Shown piece after piece: positions 1 to 12,500 of a stretch of DNA of 64,000 nucleotides (position 1 is its first letter; each line of letters starts with the position of its first letter). Location: the NCBI RefSeq assembly GCF_003918875.1, contig NW_025766625.1, positions 62,001 to 126,000 on the forward strand, written 5' to 3'. The notes under the pieces were generated by a model. It was given only the letters and a program-made list of their open reading frames with translations. It had not been told where the DNA came from and did not search any database. The DNA is from Haliotis rubra (taxonomy: Eukaryota). The position numbers and the translations under genes were made by a program.

Positions 1-169
1 TGAAGATTCAATTGAAACTGTCAGTTGTTACGTCTGTCACATCAGATCTCAGGATTCATAGAAATATTGACATATTTTGATTGTCAGTTCTTCTTGATTA
101 CATCATAAATTACATGCCTGTACTCATAGATTCAACACTGAAATACAATGTCTCATTATACAACATGTT

Positions 170-400
170 GGAAGGCAGATGAGAGTACCCAGACTGTGGG
201 CTATATGGTTTATGGTAATGTCAGGTTGTTGTCAAGTGCACTCTTGACATATAAAATGGAAGAATTATCCCTACTAGTTTTACCAAACTCAGAATCCATT
301 CTTCTAAGTCTTTCATAACCCAGCTGACTTGCTCTCTCTTGGTGCTGGTGTTTCAGACCTCCCTGGAAGATCTGGAAGAAGAGCTTGGGTTTGATGAGCT
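170..400 (+). mobile_element. Possible BEL/Pao LTR-retrotransposon pol remnant
   Basis: cataacccagctgacttgctctct reads HNPADLLS.G, like the Pao NPADxxSRG motif; otherwise decayed. Confidence 0.3.
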
Positions 401-1020
401 GAAGATTCTAAGGGAAGTAATCCTGTCCAAGTTACGCTCTGAAAACAGATTGGTAAGCATTTCATTTTAGAAGTTGACGAATAGAAAAGAAATCTCCCAA
501 CTTTATGGTATATTGCATGTAGCAATATTTCCATGTACTTTCTTGTAGAGTTATCTAGCTTGATAACAGTAATAAATGTAAACATAAAGCTATTATCCAT
601 TTAGTGCTATGTTTTATAATGGACTGGTAAGCGTGTATCGAATATTACAGTTGTAACAGTTAGATATTCTGTGACCCCGATGGAGATTCTGGGATAGAAT
701 TGGTCCTTAACAACCAATGCTGTTTTTTAAGAGGTGACTATGCATCAGGTGGTCTGACACGGTAACGTGGTTCCGTGCTTGGCATCATATTCCATCATCA
801 GTTCCTGGACTGTTGGTCCCTAAGCCTCTGTACAGGCCACCTACATACACCCCCACCCCAACCCCACAAGCACCCACACTTGCTTGCTCGCAAAGTTCGT
901 TACAAGAATGTCACATCATTCATATATGTGACAATTAGATCCCTGCTTATAACCAAACTAACACTGGATTCTGTAGCAGTATATCATGTGAATGAGGCTG
1001 TTATTGTTTGTTCACTTCAG

Positions 1021-1228
1021 CCAAGGAAAAGCCCTTCATCAGTGGACCAGCCTACTCCAAGCCCTGCAGGAGGGGATCAGACCGGACTGTTCCAACGCTG
1101 GTTCCCAGGTTGGTCAGGGTGGTACCAAGGGGCTGAACCCCACATGGAGCATGCTGGTCACACCGAGGACACTAAGGGGGAGTCGGATGTAGATGGGCCT
1201 GCAGAGGCTGTTGGACAGACAGAGCTGG
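1021..1228 (+). pseudogene. VPS13D: VPS13D-like exon (orphan or damaged)
   Basis: ttcag|..|gtgatt; encodes GLFQRWFPGWSGWY, resembling the VPS13D N-terminal motif WFPGWGGWY (from memory). Confidence 0.7.
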
Positions 1229-1490
1229 GTGATTATAACTCTCCTTTCCTTTTCAGTTGGTCTTCAAACCCTTTTCTGACAGTTAATATGGGTGCAGTGG
1301 TAGTTGAGCTTTTCTTGTTGTAGTTTTACGCTCTTGTATACACAGTATTTTTGTAGGTAAGTTCATTAGAATTCGAAAATGTGGGTCATGGAATTTACCT
1401 TGGTAATATATATATTTAACTGACCGAATCTAGATGCTGCAATCAAGACAATGTTCTATTATGTAGGTAAATAATAAAAAGGGGACGCAT

Positions 1491-1897
1491 TAGGGATGCC
1501 ACGATACATTGATACATCAATGCATCGATACTTTTTCTAAGACGATACAATTATCGATACATTCAAAACTGTATCAATATTTAGTTTTGAAGGTATCGGT
1601 TTAAATATGTTTATGTATCGTTTACATTTTGCAATTGTATCATGTTTTTTGATGTTATGAGAGTTATAAATGATTATTTTTCATGCACAAAGATGGGAAA
1701 TTAGAACTTTTTAATCTCTGAGAATAAAAAACATGAGCTTTTCATGGACAATTATAAAATATGAAATATTAATGTTCAATATGTAACTAAATTTATGCAA
1801 TAATGCCGCAAAATAGATATCGTGATACATATCGAATCGTGACATGGGTATCGTGATGCGTATCGATTCATGAAACTTATGTATTGTGACATCCCTA
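1491..1897. mobile_element. hAT-like MITE
   Basis: TIR TAGGGATG.CAC/AATAC..GTATTGTGACATCCCTA; 8-bp TSD ggacgcat/ggaagcat; subterminal ATCGATAC repeats. Confidence 0.75.
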
Positions 1898-2084
1898 GGA
1901 AGCATAGTGTATTTGGGATGTATGTTGGCCATGTCAGATTCCTTCCTTGAACCTATGTAGTTTATAGAGAGGCATGTGACATATCCAGCTGCTTCAGCTA
2001 TTATAACTATCGGAATCACTTTTTAGGATGTGAGAAGTTTTGATAGTCTGTTCTTTATATTCCAGTAATATTTTTGTATTCCAG

Positions 2085-2226
2085 AGCAAGAAATCTTAGA
2101 TGTTATTCTTGATTCCACTGAGAACACATCACTGCTACGTAAAGACACAGTGTAAGCCCGCCAGTATGACTTTCTCCCTGTCTAAAGGATCCTTTGAACT
2201 GGTGGAGAGCAGAGGACCACACAAAG
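2085..2226 (+). pseudogene. VPS13D: Second VPS13D-like exon with in-frame TAA (2153-2155) and a frameshift near 2162
   Basis: ccag|..|gtgaac; phase-compatible with the previous exon; EQEILDVILDSTENTSLLRKDTV*AR/MTFSLSKGSFELV resembles VPS13D ..NT..KRDHVFAKLNLQLQRG.. Confidence 0.65.
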
Positions 2227-2324
2227 GTGAACATCTCTCCCTACGCATCTACTGTTTGTCACATTTAACATATATTTGATCACTTTTATGTTATCAAATT
2301 CAGAAGGTATTTTGAGAGCTACAA

Positions 2325-2569
2325 TTTTTCTTATCCTGACTCATGATCTTTTGCTTATCTCCCTTTTCTTTTCGAATGGTAGTGGAACACTTAAATCCCC
2401 TTGAAGTTCCCGGCGGACGTTAAAATACACTCACCCCACAAGTTACCTCCCTTTTGCCTTTCCATAAACATTCATGTGACCAGCCTTACTTGTCACTCTC
2501 TCCTTTTCGCCCAAGTGGATGGTTGGGCGCTGAGCACTGGAGTCCCATATACAGCACTATATCCTTTTA
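2325..2569 (+). repeat. Diverged extra copy of the DIRS left terminus
   Basis: Starts TTTTTCTTATCCTGACTCATG and parallels 2570-2812 (tagtggaac, ttgaagttcc, agttacctccct, cactctctcctt, cactatatccttt). Confidence 0.75.
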
Positions 2570-2917
2570 TTTTCCTTATCCTGACTCATGCTTATTGCTT
2601 GTCTTCTTCTTCTTCGCGAACATAGTGGAACCGTGTATCTCCCAATTGAAGTTCCTTCAATAAAAATCACTAATTAGTACTCACCACGAGTTACCTCCCT
2701 TCCACAAGCGGGAGCGAGAGCATAGCACCTCAACCCATGTGCCTCACTCTCTCCTTCTTGCCCAGTGAGCTGGGCGTCGAGAGCACCCAGTCTCCCGACA
2801 CACTATATCCTTTAATTATATTTAGTTTAGTACCTCTTATATTCATTTATAGAGGTGTAACTAGTATCCTTATTCAACTTGCATTGATTATTAGTCGTGT
2901 TTCTGCTGTTTTATTCA

Positions 2918-5090
2918 TGGTTCGCCGTGTTTGTTCAGCAGTTTACGTTAATGAGAATCTGCACAGGTTGTAAATTACGTTATTCCGCTACCGATCCACA
3001 TTTAAAATGCCCTAGTTGCATTACTCCATGTTCTATTGTTTCTCGTTGTAAATTATGTATTAATTTGCCAAATTCTGCCTTTGATAAATATTTATGTTCC
3101 GTTTTGAGGCGGAAGGCAGATAAATCTCGTAAACAATCTTCAGTCATGGCTAATAGATCGGAAGCTATGATACCCTGTCAACTGTTGACGGACTGACCGC
3201 TACCGGCTGGTGGCCGCCTGAGTTTCCCTCGGGGATAAGCGTGGGGGCCTTGATCCGCTATGTCCCAAGCGACCTGCATCTCAAGGCGTTCCTTCTTCAC
3301 AGTCTAAGACTAGAAGAGCTTCCACATCATCTCAACGTAATGCGCGGCGAACCCCCAGGTCCACAGCTTCGTCAAAGGGAAATCCACGAAAGCTATAAAT
3401 AATTTTGCCTCTGATATTCTACCTGTCTCAGAATTATGTTTATATGATGATGACATTCCGATTATCATTCAGATGTGCGTCATAAGAGCGTCCAGTATCT
3501 GCTACCGTCACTACAGCGCAGATCAACATGCAACCAGAGATGCCTACGCTGGCGCGGAGATTATGACTGAGGGGTCCGTCACTTTCACAGAGAGGCCACC
3601 CTCAGCGCCAGCGCAGACCGTCCCAGGCGACCTGGTCAACCAAATCATGAGACTGATGGAGGACCGTTACGGTTTACAGAGGCCCCAGAGCCACGGGCCC
3701 CAGAGCCCAACCCATAATAAGTCATACAGGGCCCCAGAGCCCGCCTCGGCTTCGCGTAGGGCCCCAGAGCCCACAAACGTGCCTCCGCGAAGGGCAACCC
3801 AGCCCGTGGCGATCACTTCGCTAAGGAAGTCCCAGGCCGCCTCCGCGAAGGAGCTAGAGCCTCACCAGTTGCGAGGGACATCGCGGAGAAGGAGCGCTTC
3901 GCCGAGCCCACACCCTGTAGAACACAGAGGTCGTTCGCGAAGCAAGCGCTCATATATTGATTCGGACTCTGACTCGATACATTCGCGAAGGTCGTGAAGG
4001 CTAAGTGGCTCCAAGTCTACCTCGCCCAGAAGATCTAGAAGAGCTTCGCGAAGTCCCCAGCGTTCGCCGAGGAAGTCTCCTCCAAGGTCTCCTTACACTA
4101 GCCACTCGTCAGTCCGTTCACCACAGTCCTCTCATCGATCTTCCTACAGATCTAGGACTCCAACATGTGACCCTACGTCAGAAGAGGAAGAAGGTATCAT
4201 TTTCTCAGATGCAGAAATTAGATACTGGATGGTGAATGAGTTACAACTTGCTTCCCCATCGAAGAACGAGAATTCAGCTCAGACTTACTTGATGAAGGAT
4301 GATGATGTAGACAATATCACCTTACCTCCTATTGACCCGATTGCAGCGGTACCAGCTAATCTGGATACAGCCTGTTCCAAATCTTCGAAAGTCCAATCTA
4401 CACATTTCCGGTCTTCAGCGCCAAGAAATTTGCAGGACACAATATGGACCCTTTTTCAAGGCCCAAGATATTGATGACAACTTTAAATTAATCAGTGATG
4501 CCAAGTCCAGAAATTACAGAATAGAGCGATCATAAATTGGCCCAATTGGATACCATCTCTAGGAGAATGTTCTTTGGATTAAATAGATCTAGAACTATTA
4601 ATGAAACTCTCATCACCAAGTTCAAGAATGCTACAGAGGAGGAAGATAGAATGATCTACTCAGCTCTACTCATGCAGAAAAGAGACCACCAATTTCTTAC
4701 AGAGCACCTGTCAGCGCTTACTGAAACTACTACCATGGCTCGTCGGCAAGGCTTACTAGCCTCCTGCTCTTGGGATAAGCAATTCACAGAATCTCTCTAC
4801 GCAGCTCCATGGTCATCGCCCTTACTTTTTGGTGGCAACATAGACAAGGTCTCCAAAGAAGTATCTAAGGACTCGAGAGAGGTGCTTATGATCAGATCCA
4901 TGGATACCCTAGTGAACGTCATTAAACAGTCATCACAGAGGTACTACGTTTTCGGGGCTACAGAAAGCACGGGACAAGAAATTAGCTGCAGCTAAAGATC
5001 CCAGGGATTCTTTTCGTAAGCCCATACAGCAAATTCAGAGGAGGATCAGCTAGAGGCAGATCATCCAGAGGTTCGAGGATTTAGGCGATG
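2918..5090 (+). pseudogene. DIRS gag-like ORF1, fragmented
   Basis: N-terminal Cys/His cluster (CTGC..DPHLKCPSC..C...CKLC), Ser/Arg/Pro-rich middle, helical C-terminal part (..RRQGLL..L..AP...LFG) spread over ORFs 2897-4995. Confidence 0.7.
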
Positions 5091-6900
5091 AAATTCAGGT
5101 TGGAGCGACTGGAGTCTTCCACCCCAGCCGTTCCAGTACAACCTTCCCAAGTGGGTGGGCGCCTTCAGCTGCACTGGGAAAACTGGGGAATACTACAAGA
5201 TCCATATGTATCCAACATCCTACAGCACGGATATCTAATACAACTCAAGGCCAAGCCTCCGTTAACAGTCACCCCCTCAGGGTTCAGCGTTCAACCGGCA
5301 CAACTACCTATGTTAAGAGAAACAGTAGCTACTCTGCTAAACAAACAGGCCTTAGAAGTTCTGGATCAGCGAAACATCGTTACCAGGTTTTACTCCCCAG
5401 TTTTTCCTAGTGCCCAAGAAAAATTCCAAGGAGAAGTTTCGTCTCATATACAACATGAGCATCTTCAACAGAGAATATCTATGCAAACCACCAACGTTTA
5501 GCATGATACACTTACATAACTTCGCCCTTAATTCGTCTCAAAGATTACATGGCCAGCATAGATTTGCAAGACGCATATCTACACATTCCGATTCATCCCA
5601 ACTCAAGGAAATATCTAAGATTTATCCTAGACGGGAAACATTACCAATGGAAGGTTCTTCCCTTCAGAATCACATCGGCCCCTTGGGTATTCACAAGAGT
5701 GACCAAGCCTATTGTCTCATACCTACATCGTCAAGGTCTTCGCAGCGCATTTTACCTAGACGACGGTATACAAGTGGATCCAGATCCACAGCGTCTCAGA
5801 CTACAGCTGAACTTTATAATCAAGTTACTAACTCAACTAGGATGGTTAGTAAATCTACTCAAGTCGGACCTAGAACCAACGCCAAGATCTGCAATTTCTA
5901 GGTATACGATTTCTAACAGCTCAGAATCGTATAGTAGTCCCGGAGGACAGATGGATCAAGATCCAACAACTTATTCCTCAAGCCCTACTCTCTCCGCTAC
6001 CACTACGACAGTGGCAGAGCCTATTGGGACTACTCACATCAGCTCAAGACTTGACAGTCAGAGGCAGGCTTCAATTACGTCCGTTACAAGTCCTCATCAA
6101 TGCTCATCTGAGGACCCTCTACCATTCAGTCTACCAGATTACGTCCAAACCACATCTACTCTGGTGGACCAAGAGATTGAATGTTTTGCTTGGCGTCTCC
6201 TTAGTAGAGCCAGAATCGAAAACACATCTCTACGTGAAGCGGCGTCACTACAAGGTTGGGGAGCCCACCTTGCCGGCAAGACAGCGTCAGGCCTATGGAG
6301 CAAGCAAGAGAGCAAATGTCACATAAATCTGCTAGAGATGCAAGCAGTCATAAACGCCATAAGTCACTGGAGCAACCTACTACAGAACGCTCAGTTGATG
6401 GTTCACACAGACAATTCAACAGTGGCGTTTTTATGTGAACAAACAAGGCTCAACAAGGTCACAGAACCTACTGGCTCCGATGTTTCAGATTATTCGATCT
6501 AATCAACAATCTAAACATACACGTCAGAGCTTGCCACATTCCAGGAGCAAAGAATGTATTAGCAGGCGGCTCTCTCGGCCACACCAACCGTCGCCGACAG
6601 AATGGATGCTCCACACAGAGATATTCAATCAAATAATCATGGAAATAGGATCTCCACTAATAGACCTATTTGCCAGCCACTCGATTCAACAAACAACTGA
6701 CAACATTAGTATCGCCAGTTCCAGACCCACTAGCATGGGCAGCGGGCGCACTAAGCATATCGTGGGAGGGACTCAGCGCGTGCACGCTTCCCGCCCAGCG
6801 TTAATCCCACAAGTCTTACAGAAAATCAGTCAAGCGCCAGAGCCTCCATCTCATTTTAGTCGCCCTACTGGCCAGCGAGAACCGTGGTTTCAGATCTAAT
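5088..6900 (+). pseudogene. DIRS pol: reverse transcriptase, RNase H and adenine-methyltransferase-like domain, fragmented
   Basis: VGGRL..W, SIDLQDAYLHIPI, LPF..SAP.VFT, YLDD (~5753); RNase H ASLQGWGAH..HINLLEM.AV..TDNSTV; MT EWML..IDLFAS. Confidence 0.9.
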
Positions 6901-7008
6901 TCAAGACATCGGAAAACCAATTCTTCAGCTCCCACAACGCGCCAATCTATTGATACATCCGCACACCAAACAAGTGCACCAAACAGCAGAAGCACTCCAA
7001 CTTCACGT

Positions 7009-8010
7009 ATGGATTGTATCAAGGCATGTCTGAATAAGAGAGGTTATTCTACCAGAGCGGTAAAGCAGTCAGCTTGCACTCGTAACTCAACTCACAAATT
7101 ATACGATCACAAATGGCACAGTTTTGTCAATTACGCTGCTAAGAAAGGATTTACAGCCAGATATGCTACACATCCTCAAGTGGCAGATTTCTTATGTTAT
7201 CTACGTCAAACTAAGAATCTAAAAGGTTCAACCTTGTCCACTTATCTTGCAGCTATAAGCTCTGTCATAACTATGAGAACGGGCGTCAAGTTAACAAAAA
7301 CACCAGAGTTACTCGCTTTGTTACGAGCGTTCCGATTGGAGGATCAGGAACAGAAGTTTCACGCTCCAGCCTGGGATCTAAATATAGTGCTCCAACACCT
7401 CACTAGTGAGGCTTATGAACCATTGGAATCTACATCGTTTGAATCACTGACCCAGAAAACCTTGTTCCTGTTAGCACTAGCTACGGCAGCCAGGATGTCA
7501 GAGATTCACGCACTGGATTACGAGAGAACACTCTTTGATGATATTCATAACATCGTTCATCTGGGACTTAAGCTGGGATTTATATAGCAAAAACAACTGC
7601 CAGGTCAACCAGACAGATTATTCCACGTCCCAGCTCTCTCATCCATACTTGGACCTCATGATACGATGGATCTATCACTATGCCCAGTAAGAGCACTGAA
7701 AATATATCTCCAGCGATCCAAACAGAGCAGAGGGAAATTCAAGAGATTATTTATCCCTATATCTACAGCTCACATGAGCGGAAGTCTCATTGCACTACTA
7801 TCTCTATCTGGATCAGAACTGTCATACTCACGTGCTCACAAGGCTGCAGGACTCGACCCTCCAAGAGCTTCTAATCCTCCGCGAAATTAGAGAAGCTAGC
7901 CTCAACTCTTGCTCTACATGGGAATTGCTCGTTGAATACCATAATGGAGGGATGTTTCTGGAGATCCGATATGGTGTTTGCCAACCACTATCTGAGAGAT
8001 ATCACCACCG
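7009..8010 (+). pseudogene. DIRS tyrosine recombinase, fragmented
   Basis: WDLNIVL, KTLFLLALATAARMSEIHAL, LCPVRALKIYL, W.S..VF.NHYLRD (catalytic Tyr region). Confidence 0.9.
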
Positions 8011-8698
8011 AGGGCGTCTCAGGTATCCACCATTTGGTCCCATGGTCCTCTCGCTCAACAGTTGACAGTTCCACGGAGAAGATAAGTCTATCTTACAGAT
8101 TTTATACTTATCTGATAACAGTACTAATAGCTACAGGCTATCTATATATTTTGCTTAAGTTTAATCTATTATCTTAAGCTCAGTACTATGGTTTTATATC
8201 ATACTATATATAAGCTAACAACTCCTAGGAGTTTTGCTATTATATATATAGTTAGCTTAAGTTTCATCAATTCTTAAGCTCAGTTATATGGTCATATTCA
8301 TAAATGTATTAGCTAACAAACTCTAAGGAGTTGGTTACTATTATACAGCTTAAGATAAAATTATATCTTAAGCACAGTACTATACTCTTATAGCTTAAGT
8401 GTATGCATATCTTAAGCTTAGTACTTTGGTTAATTCATAAAAGTATTCACTATAAACTCACAGAAGTTTATACTATCACATTAATAGCTTTAGCTTACAT
8501 TAATGTTGTATATACTTTATCATAATAACTACATTGTAATAACCTTTATATGGCAGCTGATAAGTTAGCAGCAGGAATTCATCAGTTCAGTGCCTTTATG
8601 AAGTTCCCATAGGGTTATTACAATCATCACAGTTCAAATCACTAATTATTAAAATCCAAAGTATTATATATTCCAACCTCCTTTTCCGTCGGATTCTA

Positions 8699-8792
8699 CA
8701 AGCAATAAGCATGAGTCAGGATAAGGAAAAATATGTAATTTTTAGAGTAAAATTGATATTTTATACTTATCCTGACTCATGCTTATTGCTTG
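8699..8792. repeat. DIRS internal complementary region (27-bp inverted stem flanking the terminal junction sequence)
   Basis: 8699-8730 is the reverse complement of the left end (~2570-2601); ~8733-8781 is the reverse complement of the right end (9025-9073). Confidence 0.9.
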
Positions 8793-9419
8793 TCTTCTTC
8801 TTCCTTGCGAACATAGTGGAACACGTGTATCTCCCAATTGAAGTTCCCTTCAATAAAAAATCACTAATTAGTACTCACCACGAGTTACCTCCCTTCCACA
8901 AGCGTGGGAACGAGGGCGCCACCTCCACCCATGTGCCTCACTCTCTCCTTTTGTTTTGAGCCCGACACTTTATTTTTCCGAAGAAATCCAAAGTGTTAAG
9001 TGGGGAGGACGGGAGGGCTTACCTCATGAGTCAGGATAAGTATAAAATATCAATTTTACTCTAAAAATTACATTTTTGGTGGAATCTGTAAGCCAGTTAA
9101 CATTTGAAATTAACTTCTTTTGGTGTCAAAGCTGCAAGTATATCCGAGTACCACAAATAACTGACATGCCTTGAATCTTTCATGTTTAACCAATGTAGAA
9201 TCCCATTAATATGTACATGACATCATATCACTGTAATGTTGATGCACTTTCAGTTAGTGATGGTGTCCATTTTTATTGTAACTCATTTTTCTGTTTTATT
9301 TTGAGAAACTCCTGTTACCTTGAGTGCTTCCCGCTCAAACAAATAGGAAGAGGAACTAGGAATATATGTCTGCTTTTGTGCTTATGTGACCCTTTAACAT
9401 CTACTTTAATTCTTTACAG

Positions 9420-9523
9420 AGAATTCAGGGAGACTAACAATAATGTTGAAATTGGGATCAAGTCTGCCGCCGGTCTCCGGCCAAAAGGTTTATCACTGGA
9501 GGAAATCAAGCCTGACCCTATGC
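9420..9523 (+). CDS. CFAP47: CFAP47 exon 1 in window
   Basis: ttacag|..|gtgagt; EFRETNNNVEIGIKSAAGLRPK. Confidence 0.75.
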
Positions 9524-12500
9524 GTGAGTTATTCTACACCAGAAAAGAAAAATTTGTGAAGCCTTTTCGACAGTAAAAATGTGCATATTTATAATGCACC
9601 AAACCTACACCATAAAACATGCTCGAAGCACTACTTTATTACCCTGGTCACCTGAATTTCTTACTCAGCTCCTAGGGGTTGTACAACCAAAGCTGCACCA
9701 GAATGTAAACACTCACCATCTAATCTACCGGGTACCCATTCACTGCTGGGTGAACTTTTCTGAGAGTCCCCAATGTTGTCCTAACGTTGCACTATTTCCA
9801 AGGGCAATATGAACTATAATCATGCCCTCATCTGATGGATGAATTGTACATTGCTGTCTGTCCACTTACAGCACCACGGCCGCCAAATGCAGACTGGAAG
9901 TTGCTGAGCACCAAGAAACTATCAACAGCTGAGAAGGAGGCACGGTCTAAACCTGTGAGTCTATCCCCACCTTCCCAGTGTCACATCTTATAGAACAGAC
10001 AGTGGTTAAATTGGTGCAGTGTGTGACTGCTGTGTATTTAGAGAGTTTCTGACTGGCAGTAAATAACACTTTGGTATTACAGCTTTTTACAAAATTTCAA
10101 CACTCAGAGTTATATGTTTTCTATAAAGTCATGGATTATAATGACTGATATAGATAATAGTGTGATGTTGTTGATCCAGGTGCGTGATGGCCTGAACGCT
10201 GTACCGACAACCCAGCAAGAGAAGGTGGACTGTCGCAAGTGGTTGAGTCCACAGGAGTTGCATCAAATTATCATAGGTTAGTTATACTTAGCCCAAATGC
10301 TGAGTTATCATACATTGGCCACATCACAGACCCAGTTATACATACATCACAGACCCAGTTATACATACATCACAGACCCAGTTATATATACATTATAGAC
10401 CCAGTTATACATACATCACAGACCCAGTTATATATACATTACAGACCCAGTTATACATACATCACAGACCCAGTTATACATACATTACAGACCCAGTTAT
10501 ACATACATCACAGACCCAGTTATACATTGGCCACAGACCCAGTTATACATCGATTGTTAAGTAACTCTCTAGTGTTTAGTTATGTAAGGGGAAGGGAGGC
10601 CCAAGTTGTTGTGTTATGGACCCAAGTTCAAGTTATTTGTCCTTGATTGCAGGTCCCCCAACCATTGACTTCAGCACAGTGTGTCTGAAATCCAGCAGCC
10701 AGAAGGAGCTGAACATCATCAATAACCTCAACCAATACATCCATGTGGTAGCAGAGGTAGGTGTCAGTAGGGTGTACATCCAGTACATCCATGTAGGTGT
10801 CAGTAATGTGTACATCCAGTACATCCATGTAGGTGTCAGTGATGTGTACATCCAGTACATCCATGTAGGTGTCAGTGATGTGTACATCCAGTACATCCAT
10901 GTAGGTGTCAGTAGGGTGTACATCCAGTACATCCATGTAGATGTCAGTAGGGTGTAAATCCAGTACATCCATGTAGGTGTCAGTAGGGTGTACATCCAGT
11001 AAATCCATGGAGGTGTCAGTAGGGTGTACATCCAGTACATCCATGTAGGTGTCAGTAGGGTGTACATCCAGTACATCCATGTAGGTGTCAGTAGGGTGTA
11101 CATCCAGTACATCCATGTAGGTGTCAGTAACGTGTACATCCAGTACACCCATGTAGGTGTCAGTAACGTGTACATCCATGTAGGTGTCAGTAGGGTGTAC
11201 ATCCAGTACATCCATGTAGGTGTCAGTAATGTGTACATCCAGTACATCCATGTAGGTGTCAGTAATGGGTACATCCAGTACATCCATGTAGGTGTCAGTA
11301 ATGGGTACATCCAGTACATCCATGTAGGTGTCAGTAGGGTGTACATCCATGCAGGTGTCAGTAGGGTGTACATCCATGTAGGTGTCAGTAGGGTGTACAT
11401 CCAGTACATCCATGTAGGTGTCAGTAATGTGTACATCCAGTACATCTATGTAGGTGTCAGTAATGTGTACATCCAGTACATCCATGTAGGTGTCAGTAAT
11501 GTGTACATCCAGTACATCCATGTAGGTGTCAGTAATGTGTACATCCAGTACATCCATGTAGGTGTCAGTAATGTGTACGTCCAGTACATCCATGTAGATG
11601 TCAGTAATGTGTACATCCAGTACATCCATATAGGTGTCAGTAATGTGTACATCCAGTACATCCATGTAGATGTCAGTAATGTGTACATCCAGTACATCCA
11701 TGTAGGTGTCAGTAATGTGTACATCCAGTACATCCATGTAGATGTCTGTAGAGTGTACATCCAGTACATCCATGTAGGTGTCAGTAATGTGTACATCCAT
11801 GTAGGTGTCGGTAATGTGTACATCCATGTAGGTGTCAGTAATGTGTATATCCAGTACATCCAGGTAGGTGTCAGTAATGTGGACATCCAGTAAATCCAGG
11901 TAGGTGTCAGTAGGGTGTACATCCAGTACATCCATGTAGGTGTCAGTAATGTGTACATCAAGTACATCCATGTAGGTGTCAGTAATGTGTACATCCAGTA
12001 CATCCATGTAGATGTCAGTAATGTGTACATCCAGTACATCCATGTAGGTGTCAGTAATGTGTACATCCAGTACATCCATGTAGGTGTCAGTACTGTGTAC
12101 ATCCATATAGGTGTCAGTAATGTGTATATCCAGTACATCCATGTAGGTGTCAGTAATGTGTATATCCAGTACATCCAGGTAGGTGTCAGTAGGGAGTACA
12201 TCCAGTACATCCATGTAGGTGTCAGTAACGTGTACATCAAGTACATCCATGTAGGTGTCAGTAATGTGTACATCCAGGACATCCATGTAGATGTCAGTAA
12301 CGTGTTCATCAAGTACATCCATGTAGGTGTCAGTATGGTGTACATCCAGGACATCCATGTAGATGTCAGTAATGTGTACATCCAGTACATCCATGTAGGT
12401 GTCAGTAATGTGTACATCCAGTACATCCATGTAGGTGTCAGTAATGTGTACATCCAGTACATCCATGTAGGTGTCAGTAATGGTGACACTGTTGGTCACT

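Larger units (their letters stand above)
2570..9077 (+). mobile_element. DIRS1-type tyrosine-recombinase retrotransposon, full length, multiply frameshifted
   Basis: Left end TTTTCCTTATCCTGACTCATG; right end CATGAGTCAGGATAAG plus extension ending TTTTT; internal complementary region at 8699-8781; gag, RT, RNase H, methyltransferase and YR remnants in DIRS order; no TSD seen. Confidence 0.93.

Noticed and set aside
8560-8620. Hammerhead ribozyme in the DIRS 3' region
   Set aside because: CTGATGA is present on the minus strand, but I found no properly placed GAAA or stems by eye. An Infernal search would settle it.
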